Below are positions 1 to 10,984 of a stretch of 64,000 bases of DNA, in pieces. This DNA is from Hyaloraphidium curvatum SAG 235-1 (taxonomy: Eukaryota; Fungi; Monoblepharomycota). Below the pieces are notes generated by a model. It was given only the letters and a program-made list of their open reading frames with translations, was not told the origin of the DNA and searched no databases. The translations under genes and the position numbers were made by a program. The DNA lies in NCBI GenBank assembly GCA_025558095.1, contig JAIVFI010000006.1, positions 186,001 to 250,000 of the forward strand, read 5' to 3'. Position 1 is the first letter of the stretch, and each line of letters begins with the position of its first letter.

Positions 1-25
1 CGAGCTCGTTGAGGCCGACCGAGCC

Positions 26-1031
26 ATGGGCAAGGACGGCGCGGCGGGCTCGGTTCTGCTGCGGCACTGGGACTCGGACGAAAAGTGTCCCTGCGCGACC
101 TGCCTGGCCGATCTCGGCCATTCTATTCTGCGGCAATTCACGTGGATTATTGCGCTGCGCTTCGTGGTGGGCGGCTTTGCTACCTGGTTGCTGGCGTTCT
201 GGACGCCGCTCGTGACCCTGGGGAGCGCTGTCTGGAGCAGCCCTTGGGCCGTTGCCGGGCTCGTTCTCGTAGTCCACATCGTCACCTTTTATCCACTGAA
301 TGCATTCGCCCGGAACACGCGGTGCTCGGGGGCCATGACGCCCACCCTCCGGCTCCTCCGCCGGGCCGTCGCCGCGAACCTGATGTCCGTGCTGGACGCC
401 TGCCGGGGTACTCCGGGCGCGGATGGAGACTACAGTCGGCATGTTGACTTGATGATCCAGCTCCGGCGTCGGCTCGCCGCTGCAGCGACCGTGAGGCTGT
501 CCGCATTGGAGGATATGTCCCGGATTTGGCTGGTAACGAGCTTGAGCTACGTCGTTTCCATGATAATCGTCGCCGTAAGTGCTTGTCTTCCCCCGCGCGC
601 CGTCCGCACTTCTGATGTGCCCGCAGGCTGTCGGTTCGTGCATCACCGCCGGAAGCATCTCCACCTTTGGCTTCCTCTTTTGCGTCTCCTGCTTCGACAT
701 ATACCTCTCCGCGTACGCCAACGGCCTGGCTTCGGACGCCGGCAAGCTCTACGACGCCGCCCTCGTGCGCCTGCGGGAACGCCGCGCCCGCGATCCCGAG
801 GGCCAGGCCATCGACCACGCGCACGAGCAGCGCATCGTGCGCGTCGAAGGCCTGCTGCGATCGTACCGGGACGTCGCGGGCCTGCAGGCGACCTTCTTTG
901 GGTTCCCGATCACCTTCCGCGTCGTGCGGACGCTCCTCGTGACGACCTTCACCGTGGCGATCGGTCTCTGGAGCCTGCTGCGGAGCGCGGGGCTGACGTT
1001 CACAATCGAGAGCATATGTCCTTCTTGGTGA
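26..1031 (+). CDS. Multi-pass membrane protein of an expanded family (possible 7TM GRL/DUF3537-like); intron 575-626; the true start may lie upstream
   Basis: Several hydrophobic segments. A GTAAGT...CTGAT...CCGCAG intron joins ORF 26 to ORF 579 in frame. The C-terminus ATFFGFPITFRVVRTLLVTTFTVAIGLWSLLRSAG is paralogous to the gene at 63509. Confidence 0.6.
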
Positions 1032-1596
1032 TCTTGCTGCGCCACCGCCAGCCGAAGGTGGACTGCTCTCACATTCATGGACGGCGCTGCACAGCTGTGC
1101 TGTGCGGGGACAGCCAGTGCATGCAGCGGCGCCGTCTGCGAAGGGAAGGCGGACGGGAAGCGTTCATTAGGAGCGAGGCTGCTCTTCTGGACTTTGGAGG
1201 GCAATAGAAAACAGCCAAGTGTTGGGCAGTAGTCTGCCGTGTTCGTACCCGGACCTTTTGTCGCCCTCACTCAGACGGAGGAGCTGGGCCTGTCGCCGAC
1301 GAGGCCCGCGGCGGCTTCTTCGGCGGGCCCTGTCCGTGCTCCCCGCTCCTGCGCCACGCTATGCACGATCCGGCGCGGCGGTGCTGATTTCGTTCGGAAG
1401 CGGATAGACCGCGGAATGCGGTGTTTCGGCCGCCTGGAACCTTCGGCCGCTTTGCCGACCGTTCGGGACGCTGCTGCGCCGCAGTTCCCGAAATCGAGAC
1501 CCTACATAAGCACCCCCTTGGCACCGCACAGCACCACCGCGAGCTCGAATCCAAAGCCACGAACACTCAAATAAAGCCAAAACTCTATCGGCAGCA

Positions 1597-2316
1597 ATGG
1601 CCCGCCTGAGCGCCTTCGCCGCCGCCCTCCTGCTCGCGGCCCTGGCTGCGTCCCTGCTGCCGTCGGCGCACGCCCGCCCGAGTCCCCCCGCGAACTGTCC
1701 CCCCGGCACCGTCAAGTGCCTCAACGGCTTCTGTGCCCAGAACATCTACGCCTGCCAGGGCCTCCGCGCCCGCGGCCTCGCTCCCCCCGTGGTCCCCCGG
1801 TTCGTGGCGCCCGACGCCCACCCCACCGACGAATTCAGGGCCGCCCTCGCCGACACTTGCACCTCCGCCGGCTGGACCCTCTGCCCAAGCAGCTCCATCT
1901 GCTCCCCCAGCGCCGACCTGTGCCCCAGGACCTGCGCCGACCTCGGCTGGAGCACCTGCCAGGACGGCGGCTGCGTGCCTTCGGCCGACCAGTGCCCGGA
2001 GAACTACAGGCCGCCCGTGGATTGCGCCGGCTTCGGCCTCGTCTTCTGCGCCGACGGCACGTGCGCCCCGAACAAGGCCATATGCAGCCTTCCCAAGCCC
2101 GGCAACCTGCCCGAGCCCACGGATGCCCCGATCGCGCTGCCGCCCGCACTCCCCGCCAAGGTCAAGAGGGACGGCGACCCCCGCATCGCGAAGCGCGCTC
2201 CCCCGGGGGTGTTCAATGCCTCGCAGTGCCAGCTTATCGGCGGCCAATGGTGCCCGCTCGTGGGCGGCGCGAACGACCCCGTCTCGTATGCCTGCTTCCC
2301 AAAGTGCCCCAACTGA
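1597..2316 (+). CDS. Secreted cysteine-rich repeat protein
   Basis: Signal peptide MARLSAFAAALLLAALAASLLPSAHA; repeated CxxxGWxxCxxxxCxPSADxCP units; KR dibasic sites. Confidence 0.7.
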   Translation: MARLSAFAAALLLAALAASLLPSAHARPSPPANCPPGTVKCLNGFCAQNIYACQGLRARGLAPPVVPRFVAPDAHPTDEFRAALADTCTSAGWTLCPSSSICSPSADLCPRTCADLGWSTCQDGGCVPSADQCPENYRPPVDCAGFGLVFCADGTCAPNKAICSLPKPGNLPEPTDAPIALPPALPAKVKRDGDPRIAKRAPPGVFNASQCQLIGGQWCPLVGGANDPVSYACFPKCPN

Positions 2317-2519
2317 AGGCTGCCGGATGCGGCGGCACCGGCGCGCAATGTACCCGTCGCTGAATGGTATCCTTTGTTGCTATCCTGGTCGTGTGTGGAG
2401 TCTCCCATGACCAAAAGACAGATGACAAACTCTCGATTGTGCCCTCCAACACTTTACACTAGTTTAGTAGATTACAGGCGACGCACACTGTTGATCCCTT
2501 CACCATCGCCATCCATCTG

Positions 2520-3605
2520 TTAGTAGCTCTCCTGGTAGTACGAATCGTACGTAAAGTCGATGCACTTGGGCCCGCCGGTCTTGCCGACGTGCAGGCAGTG
2601 CACCTCCGGGCTGTAGGGCGTCATGAGCGCATGCAGGGCGCGGCAGGTGGCGGTGTTGGAGTTGGCGCGGTCGAAAGAGCCGTAGGGGATCGAGTTCATG
2701 AAGGCGACGCAGTCGGCAAAGCGTTCGACGGGGGTAGAGCCGACCCATCCGGTGAGGTTCTGGTAGGCTTCGCAGGTGCCGGGGCGGCCGCCTCCAGGGC
2801 CGAAGACAGTGAGGCCGCAGACGCGGTTGATCTGGGCTGCGCGCGCGGCGGGGCTCTTGGGGTCGATCCCGAACCCGAGGTTGGTGAACGTCACGTCGGC
2901 CGAAACGATGGTGTTGTTGGTGTCCGAGAAGGTGAAGAATCCGAAATGGGCTGATCAGATCGAGAGAAACGTGGGAAGCGGTCAGCTTTCCGCCAGGAGC
3001 GTGCGCTCGTGCCTGACCCACTGTAGTTCCTGGGTCCGGTGGCCGTCTGTTGCACTATGTTGACGTGCGCGCCGATGATGCCGTTGCAATCGCAGACCAG
3101 CTTGACGTAATCTGCGCTCTGGAAGTTGCTTCCCGACGCCAGGCCTGCATGAAAGATACTCAGCATCATCCCATCCGATCAACGGGATCAACCCACCGTA
3201 GTAGTATTCCAGCACGCCGGCGCGCGACGGGAAAGAGCCCAAGGGGTTGATCCTCGCACGCGCAAAGGGCGCCCAGACGTCGTCGATGTTGACGGTGCCC
3301 AGGATGACTCCGGTGGGGTCCGTGTAGACGTGGTAGTAGACCTTCTTCACGACCTCCTTGCGTGCCTGCGAGTTGGATGGGCGGGGGTGAAGGAGCGGAG
3401 GTACAACAGCGTCATTGTCAGAGCTTGAACGCGGAACGCGAGACCGCCCGTGCCCTGCACCTACCTCGCAGCTACACCGGTCCTTCTTCTCGTTCTTGTC
3501 GTCCTTGTTGCGGTCGTCATCGGGGTCGGCGCACGCCACCGCGAGGAGCGCAAGGAACGCGAGCGCAAACAGAACAAGCGCACGAAGGGACCCAGCGGCC
3601 GGCAT
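2520..3605 (-). CDS. Secreted multi-exon protein with Cys/His-rich C-terminal domain (fungal secreted family)
   Basis: Signal peptide MPAAGSLRALVLFALAFLALLAVACA. Exons correspond to ORFs 2982..3728, 2891..3169 and 2520..2894. C-terminus CVAFMNSIPYGSFDRANSNTATCRALH...HCLHVGKTGGPKC. Confidence 0.6.
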
Positions 3606-4786
3606 TGTTGTTGGTCGGACGGAGCGAAGCCGGCTCTGGGGGGCGTAGGTGTTCGAGCGGTTGTCGCCGGCCTTTTGTTTGCACCGGCGGTGGCTATTTT
3701 TTCCGCGGACGTGTTCCTCGGCTTCCATGGAACACTTCCCGGAGGGAAGGTGACGTAAACGTCACCCAACTCCGCAACAGACTCACCACGGGCGGCCCGG
3801 GGGTCCGTCGGGCCGAGACAAAGACATCTGTAGTGGAATTCGGACCGAATGGGAGTGGTCCGAGGAGGAAGGAGACAGAACCGACACTTCCGGCGTTCGT
3901 ACGCCACTTTTAAATGTCGCCCAGGGCAGACGTCACAGGGCTGGTGCGCGGAGAACTTCCAATGGACTTCCACATGACCACTGCTCCGCAGCCCGAGGAG
4001 CACGGGCAATTTTGGTGGAGCAAGGGCTGGACGGCGCCCGCCCAAGGCCTTCCTTCCGCATCCGCGGCGGGAACGCGAGCAAACGAACAGCTGCAGCAGT
4101 CTGCAAACAGTGGAGCATTTAGCCCGCACTTTCCAACCCGATGCCGCAGCCGCTGCGAGCCGCTCTTGCTCTTGCCCGCGATTGCTCGGAAGCGTACCAT
4201 GTGCTTTCGAGCATGCCGGCTGGAGGCTACCTCCACGAAAGCACAGAGTCCGGGGAGCCAGCAGATGGGGAGGAGCGGACCAAAGAAACTACACGACAGG
4301 AAGCGAGAAGGGGGAGCGCGGCCTCAGCTAGGGAAACGGTGGCTACGGAAAGCGGACGAGGAGACGAGAATGGGCTGTTCTCGCATCTTTGGGAGGCTCT
4401 CGCGAAATTGACTCTCGGTCTTTGGCGGAAGGCACCGTAAATCTTCGGACGTAGGAATGCGGGGTAACGGTGGCGTATGCTTTTGGCATGGACGTGCTTT
4501 GGTACGGTCGGCGGAAGTGCCGCGAGTTTCTGCCGGCGGAGTCATGGTTGGGCTCGTGGGCAACTGAGCTGCTTTCATCCTTTTCCTATGGTTCTGAGAC
4601 CTCATACTGCTGCCGGATACTTCATTCATTTGGATCTACAGGGTCTCGCTCGGACATGACGAAGGCCGTAGAGCCAGCTCGCAATCTCGACTCCTTCTCC
4701 GTCCTCGCCACGTAGTTCGCCTATGTGAGCCATCCATCCAAAAGCCGCGGCTCTCGAGTTTCCGAACTACGAAATATCGGTCTAGA

Positions 4787-6762
4787 ATGGAAGACTCGGC
4801 GGTTCTGCCTGGCCGGTCTGCGGCGGCTGTTATGTGTTGGAGGCGCCCTTGCCACCGTCCCCCACGAGCACGCGTCAGTCAATCGGCCGGACCGACCGAC
4901 GCCCGAGGCCGGAGAACAGCCGGCAATATGGCTACGGGCGGTCACCTTCGTTCTGCCGCCGATTCGCTGCCGGGTGCACCGGAGGGCGTCGACGCTGCCG
5001 CGACAGCGACTGCCGCAGGCGTCGAACCGGCTACGCTGCCGGACGCAAAACTGGCCGTCGATTTCCCCGTCACGGACGCTACGAACATCAAAATCGAGGA
5101 TAACGTCGCCGGGACGGACCCCTCGCCGTCCGCAAACGCGGATTCCGACAAGGAGACCCTGCCGGACTCGAAAGGGCACATGGAATCCCCCGTCTCGGAC
5201 GTTAAGGACATCAAAATCGAAGACGATGCTGCTGGAATGGACCCCTCCCCTTCGGCAAAGGCGGATGCCCCCAAGGAGGCCGCTCCCGGTGGCGATATTG
5301 GACCCCCGCCAAACGGCGGGCTCGCGGCCTGGCTGCAGGTTCTTTCCAACTTCTTCATCCATTTCTTCGGGGTCGGCTGGTCCAACGCGATCGGTGTCCT
5401 CGTGGCCTTCTACATTCGGACTGGCTACTTCGGACCGAACATCAACCAGACCGCTATCTCGCTCATGGCCGGCGCGGCGCAGTGCATCGGGTTCCTCATC
5501 GGCCCCCTCATCGGCATTATGTCCGACAAATTTGGATACAGACCCATTTCGGCCGCCGGCTCGGCGGTGTTCGGCCTGTGCACGCTCATTGCCGGGTTCT
5601 CCAACGGGAGCTACGCGATGGTCTTTGTGTTCCAAGGGTTCCTGCAGATGCTGGGCTTCATGGCGTGCTGGATTCCGTCAATGGGCGGTGAGTTTTTCTA
5701 TCTTTCAGCTTCCTTGGCCGATGTTGACCTATTCCTACCAGCCGTGGCACAATGGTTTACGACCAGGCGTGGCCTGGCCATCAGCATTGGGGGGGCGGGT
5801 GCAGGGCTCGGCGGCCTTGCCCTGGGCCCGCTGACCAACTATATGCTCAACACCATCGGCTTCCAATGGACCATGATGACGATGGGCCTCGTGCTTGTCG
5901 TCGCTCTTGTTCCCTGCTCCCTAATGATCAAGACCCGGGTGCCTCCCAGGCGCCGCGGGCCGGTCATGGACTGGAGCGCCTTCCGCAGCATGAGCTTCGT
6001 GCTGCTCTTCTGCGGCTGTCTGTTCTGCTACTTTGCCTTCCCATTGCCCCTTTTCTTTCTGCCTACTTACGCGACGCAGAATGGGGTCTCTAGCTCGATG
6101 GCTGCCATCATCCTCGGCGTGACCACGGCTGTCTCCGCCCCGTCGCGGCTCCTTCAGGGCCTTCTAATGGACAGGATCGGTGGCGTGAACGTGTTTGCCA
6201 TGGCATGCGGCGTCGGGAGCATCACCTGCTTCGCTCTTGCGCCATTCGCGAAGAACGTGGGGTTGCTGTTCGTGTTCGCCATTCTCTACGGGTCTACAGC
6301 TGGCTGCTTCATGTCGTGGGTGTTTGCGATGTCGTTGCTCGTGCTGCGGAAGCCGACAAGCTGCCCTGGGTTCCGTCAGGTTCATCCCTGCTTGCACGGC
6401 TCAGATCTTCGGGGTGCAATCGGCGGCATCCAAGCTCGGGCTCATCTACGTATGTCGGACCGCGTGCCGCACTTCAACGGCGCTGATGTTTGGCTGCAGA
6501 TGTCGCTTGCTCTCGGTTCCGTCCTCGGGACCTTCACCGGCGGCCAGATCCTGACCGCCAACACCGTCAAACCCCCCGATGGACCGCCAGTTTCGGACTT
6601 CACGCCTTTCTGGTGAGTGTGGACTGAAAACAGCTTTCGCAAGTAAGCGCTGACCTACTCGACACCAGGATGTTCTGTGGAGCCTGCTGGGCAGTAGGCT
6701 GCCTGTTCTTGATCGGACTCAAGGTGGCCATCAAGGGCTGGAACATCTTCAGCAAAGTTTGA
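4787..6762 (+). CDS. MFS transporter, monocarboxylate porter (MCT/Mch-like) family, multi-exon
   Basis: PPPNGGLAAWLQV (PDGG-type MCT motif), GIMSDKFGYR, QWFTTRRGLAISI, GLLMDRIG, and C-terminal KGWNIFSKV-stop at 6762. The start could be a downstream Met. Confidence 0.85.
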
Positions 6763-6979
6763 GGCTTGGAGAAGGCAGCGCAAAGCAGACAGCAACATGG
6801 GAAAGCAACATGGGAATGTGTCCCGTTGTCGGAAACCGGCTCTGGTCATGGAAGTTAAGAGCACAATCAAGATGGAGTATACATTTGTGAATACACCAGT
6901 GAAGTCGATCGCAAGTCACCACTGCGCCGCCGACGCACGGCCTTGGCTCAGTGCGGGGGCCGAGGAGAGGGTCCGTCGC

Positions 6980-7393
6980 CTAGACCTTGGCGAGCTGCGC
7001 GCCCATAAGCGCATGCAGCTTGTTCACAGCCCGCAGAGGTCGGACCATGACCTTGAAGTCAGTTATCTTGGCCTCGTCGTTCCACGTGACGATATCGACT
7101 CCGTTGACGGTGATCCCGTCGACCATCGCCTGGAACTCGAGCATAGCGCCCTGCTCGTCCACGAGTTCGCGAAGGTACTTGAAGTCCGTTCCCGCCGTTC
7201 CGTGCCCGGCGAGCACGTGGGACGCGGCCCAAAGGTACATGAAGACCTTCTTGCGCCCCTTCTGCGGCGTGTGCACGACGGGAGAGTGGAACACGGCGTC
7301 GTCGGCCAGCATGGCGTTTAGCGCCTCGGGGCTCGGGTTGTGCATGAAGGCGTGCCACGCCTTGACGCCCTCGACGTTGGCGGCGCGGCCCAT
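6980..7393 (-). CDS. SnoaL-like / NTF2-fold protein, intronless, bacterial type
   Basis: LADDAVFHSPVVHTPQKGR...LEFQAMVDGITVNGVDIVTWNDEAKITDFKVMVRPL is typical of the proteobacterial NTF2 family. Confidence 0.85.
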   Translation of the reverse strand: MGRAANVEGVKAWHAFMHNPSPEALNAMLADDAVFHSPVVHTPQKGRKKVFMYLWAASHVLAGHGTAGTDFKYLRELVDEQGAMLEFQAMVDGITVNGVDIVTWNDEAKITDFKVMVRPLRAVNKLHALMGAQLAKV

Positions 7394-7997
7394 CGCGGTT
7401 GCGGAGGTGGCGAGCAGGTTCGGTTCACTCCGTTGAAAAGTTCGACGCGACGGTCAAGCGCGCGTTGGCGAATGAAGGAGGGGCGCGCGACAACCCCGGT
7501 GGAACTCGACGATGGCTTCTGGGAACGGAAATCAGGAAATCAGGTTAGTGTGTGTTTGGGTTGCCGGAGCGCCGCCGCCGCCGAGAGACCAGCAACCGGG
7601 TCTGCCGACGCGACGACGGTACGTGGGAGTTTGCGGACCTCCTATCGGGCGCGTTGCCCGGGCCTGCGCCTGCTTAATGGCGCGGCCTCGTTCGCCTTAG
7701 GGTGCGCTGTTCCAGCGTACGCGGACGAGCGGCGACTGCACAACCTCTACTCCGCCCCCCTGGCATCACGCCAGACCCCATCACCTCGACCTACACGGTC
7801 GCTATCTAGCGACCGGGCCATCCCTCCGTGTCTCCCCGGCGCGAGTGAAGCGAGCGAACCCTCGTCGGGCTCGGGTTAGCAGGTGGAGTTTTCGAAGCAG
7901 CCTCGCGGATCACATCGTGTCTCCCAAGCATAGAACGCGTCGAAGTTCCTTCCATCGGCGCCAAGAGCGCGTCTTTTGCCCTCATCGACACTCCGCG

Positions 7998-9644
7998 ATG
8001 ACCCCCGGCCCGCCGCTCCACCTCGGCATCGACGTCTCGACACAGGGCGTCAAGCTCGTCGCCGTGGACCCCTCCTTCCATCTGGTCAACGAGTCCTCCC
8101 TCTCGTATGACCGCAACCTGCCCTCGTACGGTACCTCCGGTGGCGTACTCCGCCGCGATGGTGGCGTCGTAGTGACACCCAGCGCTCTGTTTGCCGAGGC
8201 GCTCGGGATGCTGCTGGATCGGCTCAAGGACGACGGTTTCCCGTTCGGCGACGTGGTTTCGGTTTCGGGCTGCGGACAGCAGCATGGATCCGTCTATTTG
8301 ACGAAGGGTGGCGTGGAGGGGCTCGCAGCGTTGGATCCGGGCCAAAAGCTCGGCTCCCAGGTCGGGGCCTGGTTTTCGACCAAGGATTCGCCCATATGGA
8401 TGGACTCTTCCACGTCGGACATCTGCCGGCAGCTCGAAGCAGCAGTCGGCGGGAAGGAGGCTCTGTGCTCGCTTACGGGATCGATCGCCTACGAGAGGTT
8501 CACGGGGAATCAGATCCGAAAGCTGGGGCGGGACGATCCGGCTGCGTACCGCGCGACCGAGAGGATATGTCTCGTCAGCTCGTTCGCGGCTTCGCTGTTC
8601 CTGCAGAGCGTGGCGCCGATCGACGCCTCGGACGCCGCGGGGATGAACCTCATGGACATTCGGACGAGGACGTGGGACCCGCGGTGCTTGGATTTTGCCG
8701 ACGCGGACGGCGATGCCGCGCGGCTGGAAGCGAAGCTGGGACCGATCGTGCCCTCGTGCGCCATCCTCGGCGTCGTGGGGCCGTACTTCCGGGAACGCTA
8801 CGGATTTTCGGCGGGCTGCAAGGTCGTCGCCTTCGCGGGCGACAACCCGTCATCGCTCTCGGCGCTGCCGCTCTCGCCGACGGACCTGGTTGTTTCGCTC
8901 GGCACCTCGGACACGGCGTTTCTCGCACTCCGCAAGCTCCCACCCGCACCGATGGTGGAAGCAACCGTGCTAGCTCATCCCGTGGAGCCCGAAGGGTACC
9001 TGGCGATGCTGGTGTACAAGAACGGCTCGTTGGTGCGCGAACGCGTGCGCGACGGGGCGGCGGGCGGATCCTGGGAGACTTTCGAGCGGCTCGTGGCGAG
9101 AACGCCACCCGGATGCGACGGGACGGTGGGGTTCTACTGCCCCGATCCCGAAATCCTGCCCGCGGGCGTGGTGGGGTGGTTCCGTTTCCGTGACGGCGTG
9201 CTCGTCGATGACGGCGACGCCTTCGGAGAGCTGGACCCCCGGGCGTGCGTCGAGTCGCGCTTTCTGGATCTGCGGATGAGGGCGGGCAAGCTGGGCATAA
9301 GGCCGGGAAGGATCGTGGCGGTTGGAGGGGGCAGCAGGAACGCCGCCCTGTTGCAGGTCGCCGCGGACGTGTTCGGAGCCGAGGTATTCAAACCGACGGG
9401 GGGCGGCGAGGCAGCCGCATTTGGTGGTTGCGCGAGGGGGGTATTTGCACTACAGGAAGCGGCTGGCGAGGAGGGAACCGGGACGACGGTGTCGGACAGG
9501 TTCGCGGCGCTGTTTTCGGGGACGGAGCGTGGCCTGGAGCTCGTGTGCCAGCCCGACACGGCGGTGACGGAGGTCTACGAGCGGCAGGTGCTGCCTGCCT
9601 ACGAAAGGGCCGAAACTGAAGTGCGCAGGCTCTGTTCGCGGTAG
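7998..9644 (+). CDS. XKS1: Xylulose kinase (FGGY carbohydrate kinase)
   Basis: LHLGIDVSTQGVK, SGCGQQHGSVY, SPIWMDSST, AYERFTGNQIRK, GDNP, SLGTSDT, YKNGSLVRE, GGGSRN: eukaryotic xylulokinase motifs. Confidence 0.9.
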   Translation: MTPGPPLHLGIDVSTQGVKLVAVDPSFHLVNESSLSYDRNLPSYGTSGGVLRRDGGVVVTPSALFAEALGMLLDRLKDDGFPFGDVVSVSGCGQQHGSVYLTKGGVEGLAALDPGQKLGSQVGAWFSTKDSPIWMDSSTSDICRQLEAAVGGKEALCSLTGSIAYERFTGNQIRKLGRDDPAAYRATERICLVSSFAASLFLQSVAPIDASDAAGMNLMDIRTRTWDPRCLDFADADGDAARLEAKLGPIVPSCAILGVVGPYFRERYGFSAGCKVVAFAGDNPSSLSALPLSPTDLVVSLGTSDTAFLALRKLPPAPMVEATVLAHPVEPEGYLAMLVYKNGSLVRERVRDGAAGGSWETFERLVARTPPGCDGTVGFYCPDPEILPAGVVGWFRFRDGVLVDDGDAFGELDPRACVESRFLDLRMRAGKLGIRPGRIVAVGGGSRNAALLQVAADVFGAEVFKPTGGGEAAAFGGCARGVFALQEAAGEEGTGTTVSDRFAALFSGTERGLELVCQPDTAVTEVYERQVLPAYERAETEVRRLCSR

Positions 9645-9662
9645 TCACGGTGGTGTGCGCCT

Positions 9663-10562
9663 CTATATGTCGAACAGGAGCTCTTTGGCTGTCCTCCAGC
9701 AGACCCATTCGGTATCCTCGTCGCTCAAGAAACCGAAGCCCCGCCGAGCAAAGTCCGCAGACACCTTGTAGCCGTCGCCTCCGAGGCCCGAACCGCCGCC
9801 GATTTGGCCCGTGATCTGGAACGGAGCGTCGCTCTCCCACATGCACCTGTTCGCACCGAACGCCTCGATCACACGACGGAGCATTGGAACGAGGTCCTCG
9901 TAAGTCGGATCGCTGCCTTTCGAATAAAATGCTCCGAGCTTGACGTAGATGTTCCTGTGGACGGCCAGAGCGCAGAGCGCGTCCAGCTCCGCCCCCGACG
10001 CCTCGCCGTCCTTGACACGGATCCGCGCCACATGGTCGATGATCACCCGCGTGTTCGGGAACTCGCGGCACATCCTGTCGATCTCGGGTAGCCCATTCGG
10101 GTCCACCAGGCAGGCCATCGCCTTGCCCGTCCGCGCCGCGGTCGCAAACATGGTCCGGTAGCCCGGCCGGTCGAGCCATCCTTGGGCGGGGGCGACGAAC
10201 TCCTCCGCGGGGCCGGACCACCGCTCGAGCCCGGGGTAGATGCGGAAGGAGGTGATGCCTTTGCTCTTCAGAGCCGCCATCCGTTCCGCCACGTCCGATT
10301 CGGCAAAGTGCACGACGGCCGTCCCCACGAACATGTCCGGGTGCGCGGCGATGGCGTCGGTGATGTACGAGTTATCTTGGCCGTAGTGGATCATCTGGAT
10401 CAGGTTGACGCGCGAGACGCCCGCCCTGCGGCACTGCTCCAGGAGTTGGTCCACGGTGAAAGAGTCGGGCTGCACCGCGCCTTTCCACTCCGGGAGCACG
10501 GGGTACGACTCCTCGTCCGGGGTCCAGACGTGCGAATGCGCGTCGATGAGCTCCTGAACCAT
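9663..10562 (-). CDS. Amidohydrolase_2 family metallohydrolase (sugar-lactonase-like), intronless
   Basis: IDAHSHVW (HxH), IIDHVARI, VKLGAFY, FGANRCMWESDAPF. Confidence 0.85.
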   Translation of the reverse strand: MVQELIDAHSHVWTPDEESYPVLPEWKGAVQPDSFTVDQLLEQCRRAGVSRVNLIQMIHYGQDNSYITDAIAAHPDMFVGTAVVHFAESDVAERMAALKSKGITSFRIYPGLERWSGPAEEFVAPAQGWLDRPGYRTMFATAARTGKAMACLVDPNGLPEIDRMCREFPNTRVIIDHVARIRVKDGEASGAELDALCALAVHRNIYVKLGAFYSKGSDPTYEDLVPMLRRVIEAFGANRCMWESDAPFQITGQIGGGSGLGGDGYKVSADFARRGFGFLSDEDTEWVCWRTAKELLFDI

Positions 10563-10984
10563 GATTGACGCGTTTCTCTTGCTTCGTGCGACAGCAAAGA
10601 CGGGTGCTCGAGAAGCGATGTCTCCCGGCCGCCGCGCCACCCGCAAGTCGACGGTACCAGGAGGCGCGAAGACCCTCAAGCTAATACAGCTCCAGCATTA
10701 TGATCAACCAATGCTCAGTTTCGTCTTCCGTCATCCCAGGCGCGTAGGCGCAGAACCGGACGAACCGCCGCGAATGGGGGCGTTCCTCCGTCGGAGCCGT
10801 CAAAATCGCAGCAGGAACATGCATTGGCCTCCTCTAAGTAGACGTGTGCAATACATTAGCGATCGAAAGAAATGTGCCCCGCGCGGCGGTTCTCCTTGTC
10901 CGAGGGCCGCAGCGCCCTGTCCCGGTCGGCCCTCTCGTACCTGTCAACGTCGAAAAGTCAACCAGAACCACCCGCAAGCGCAAG

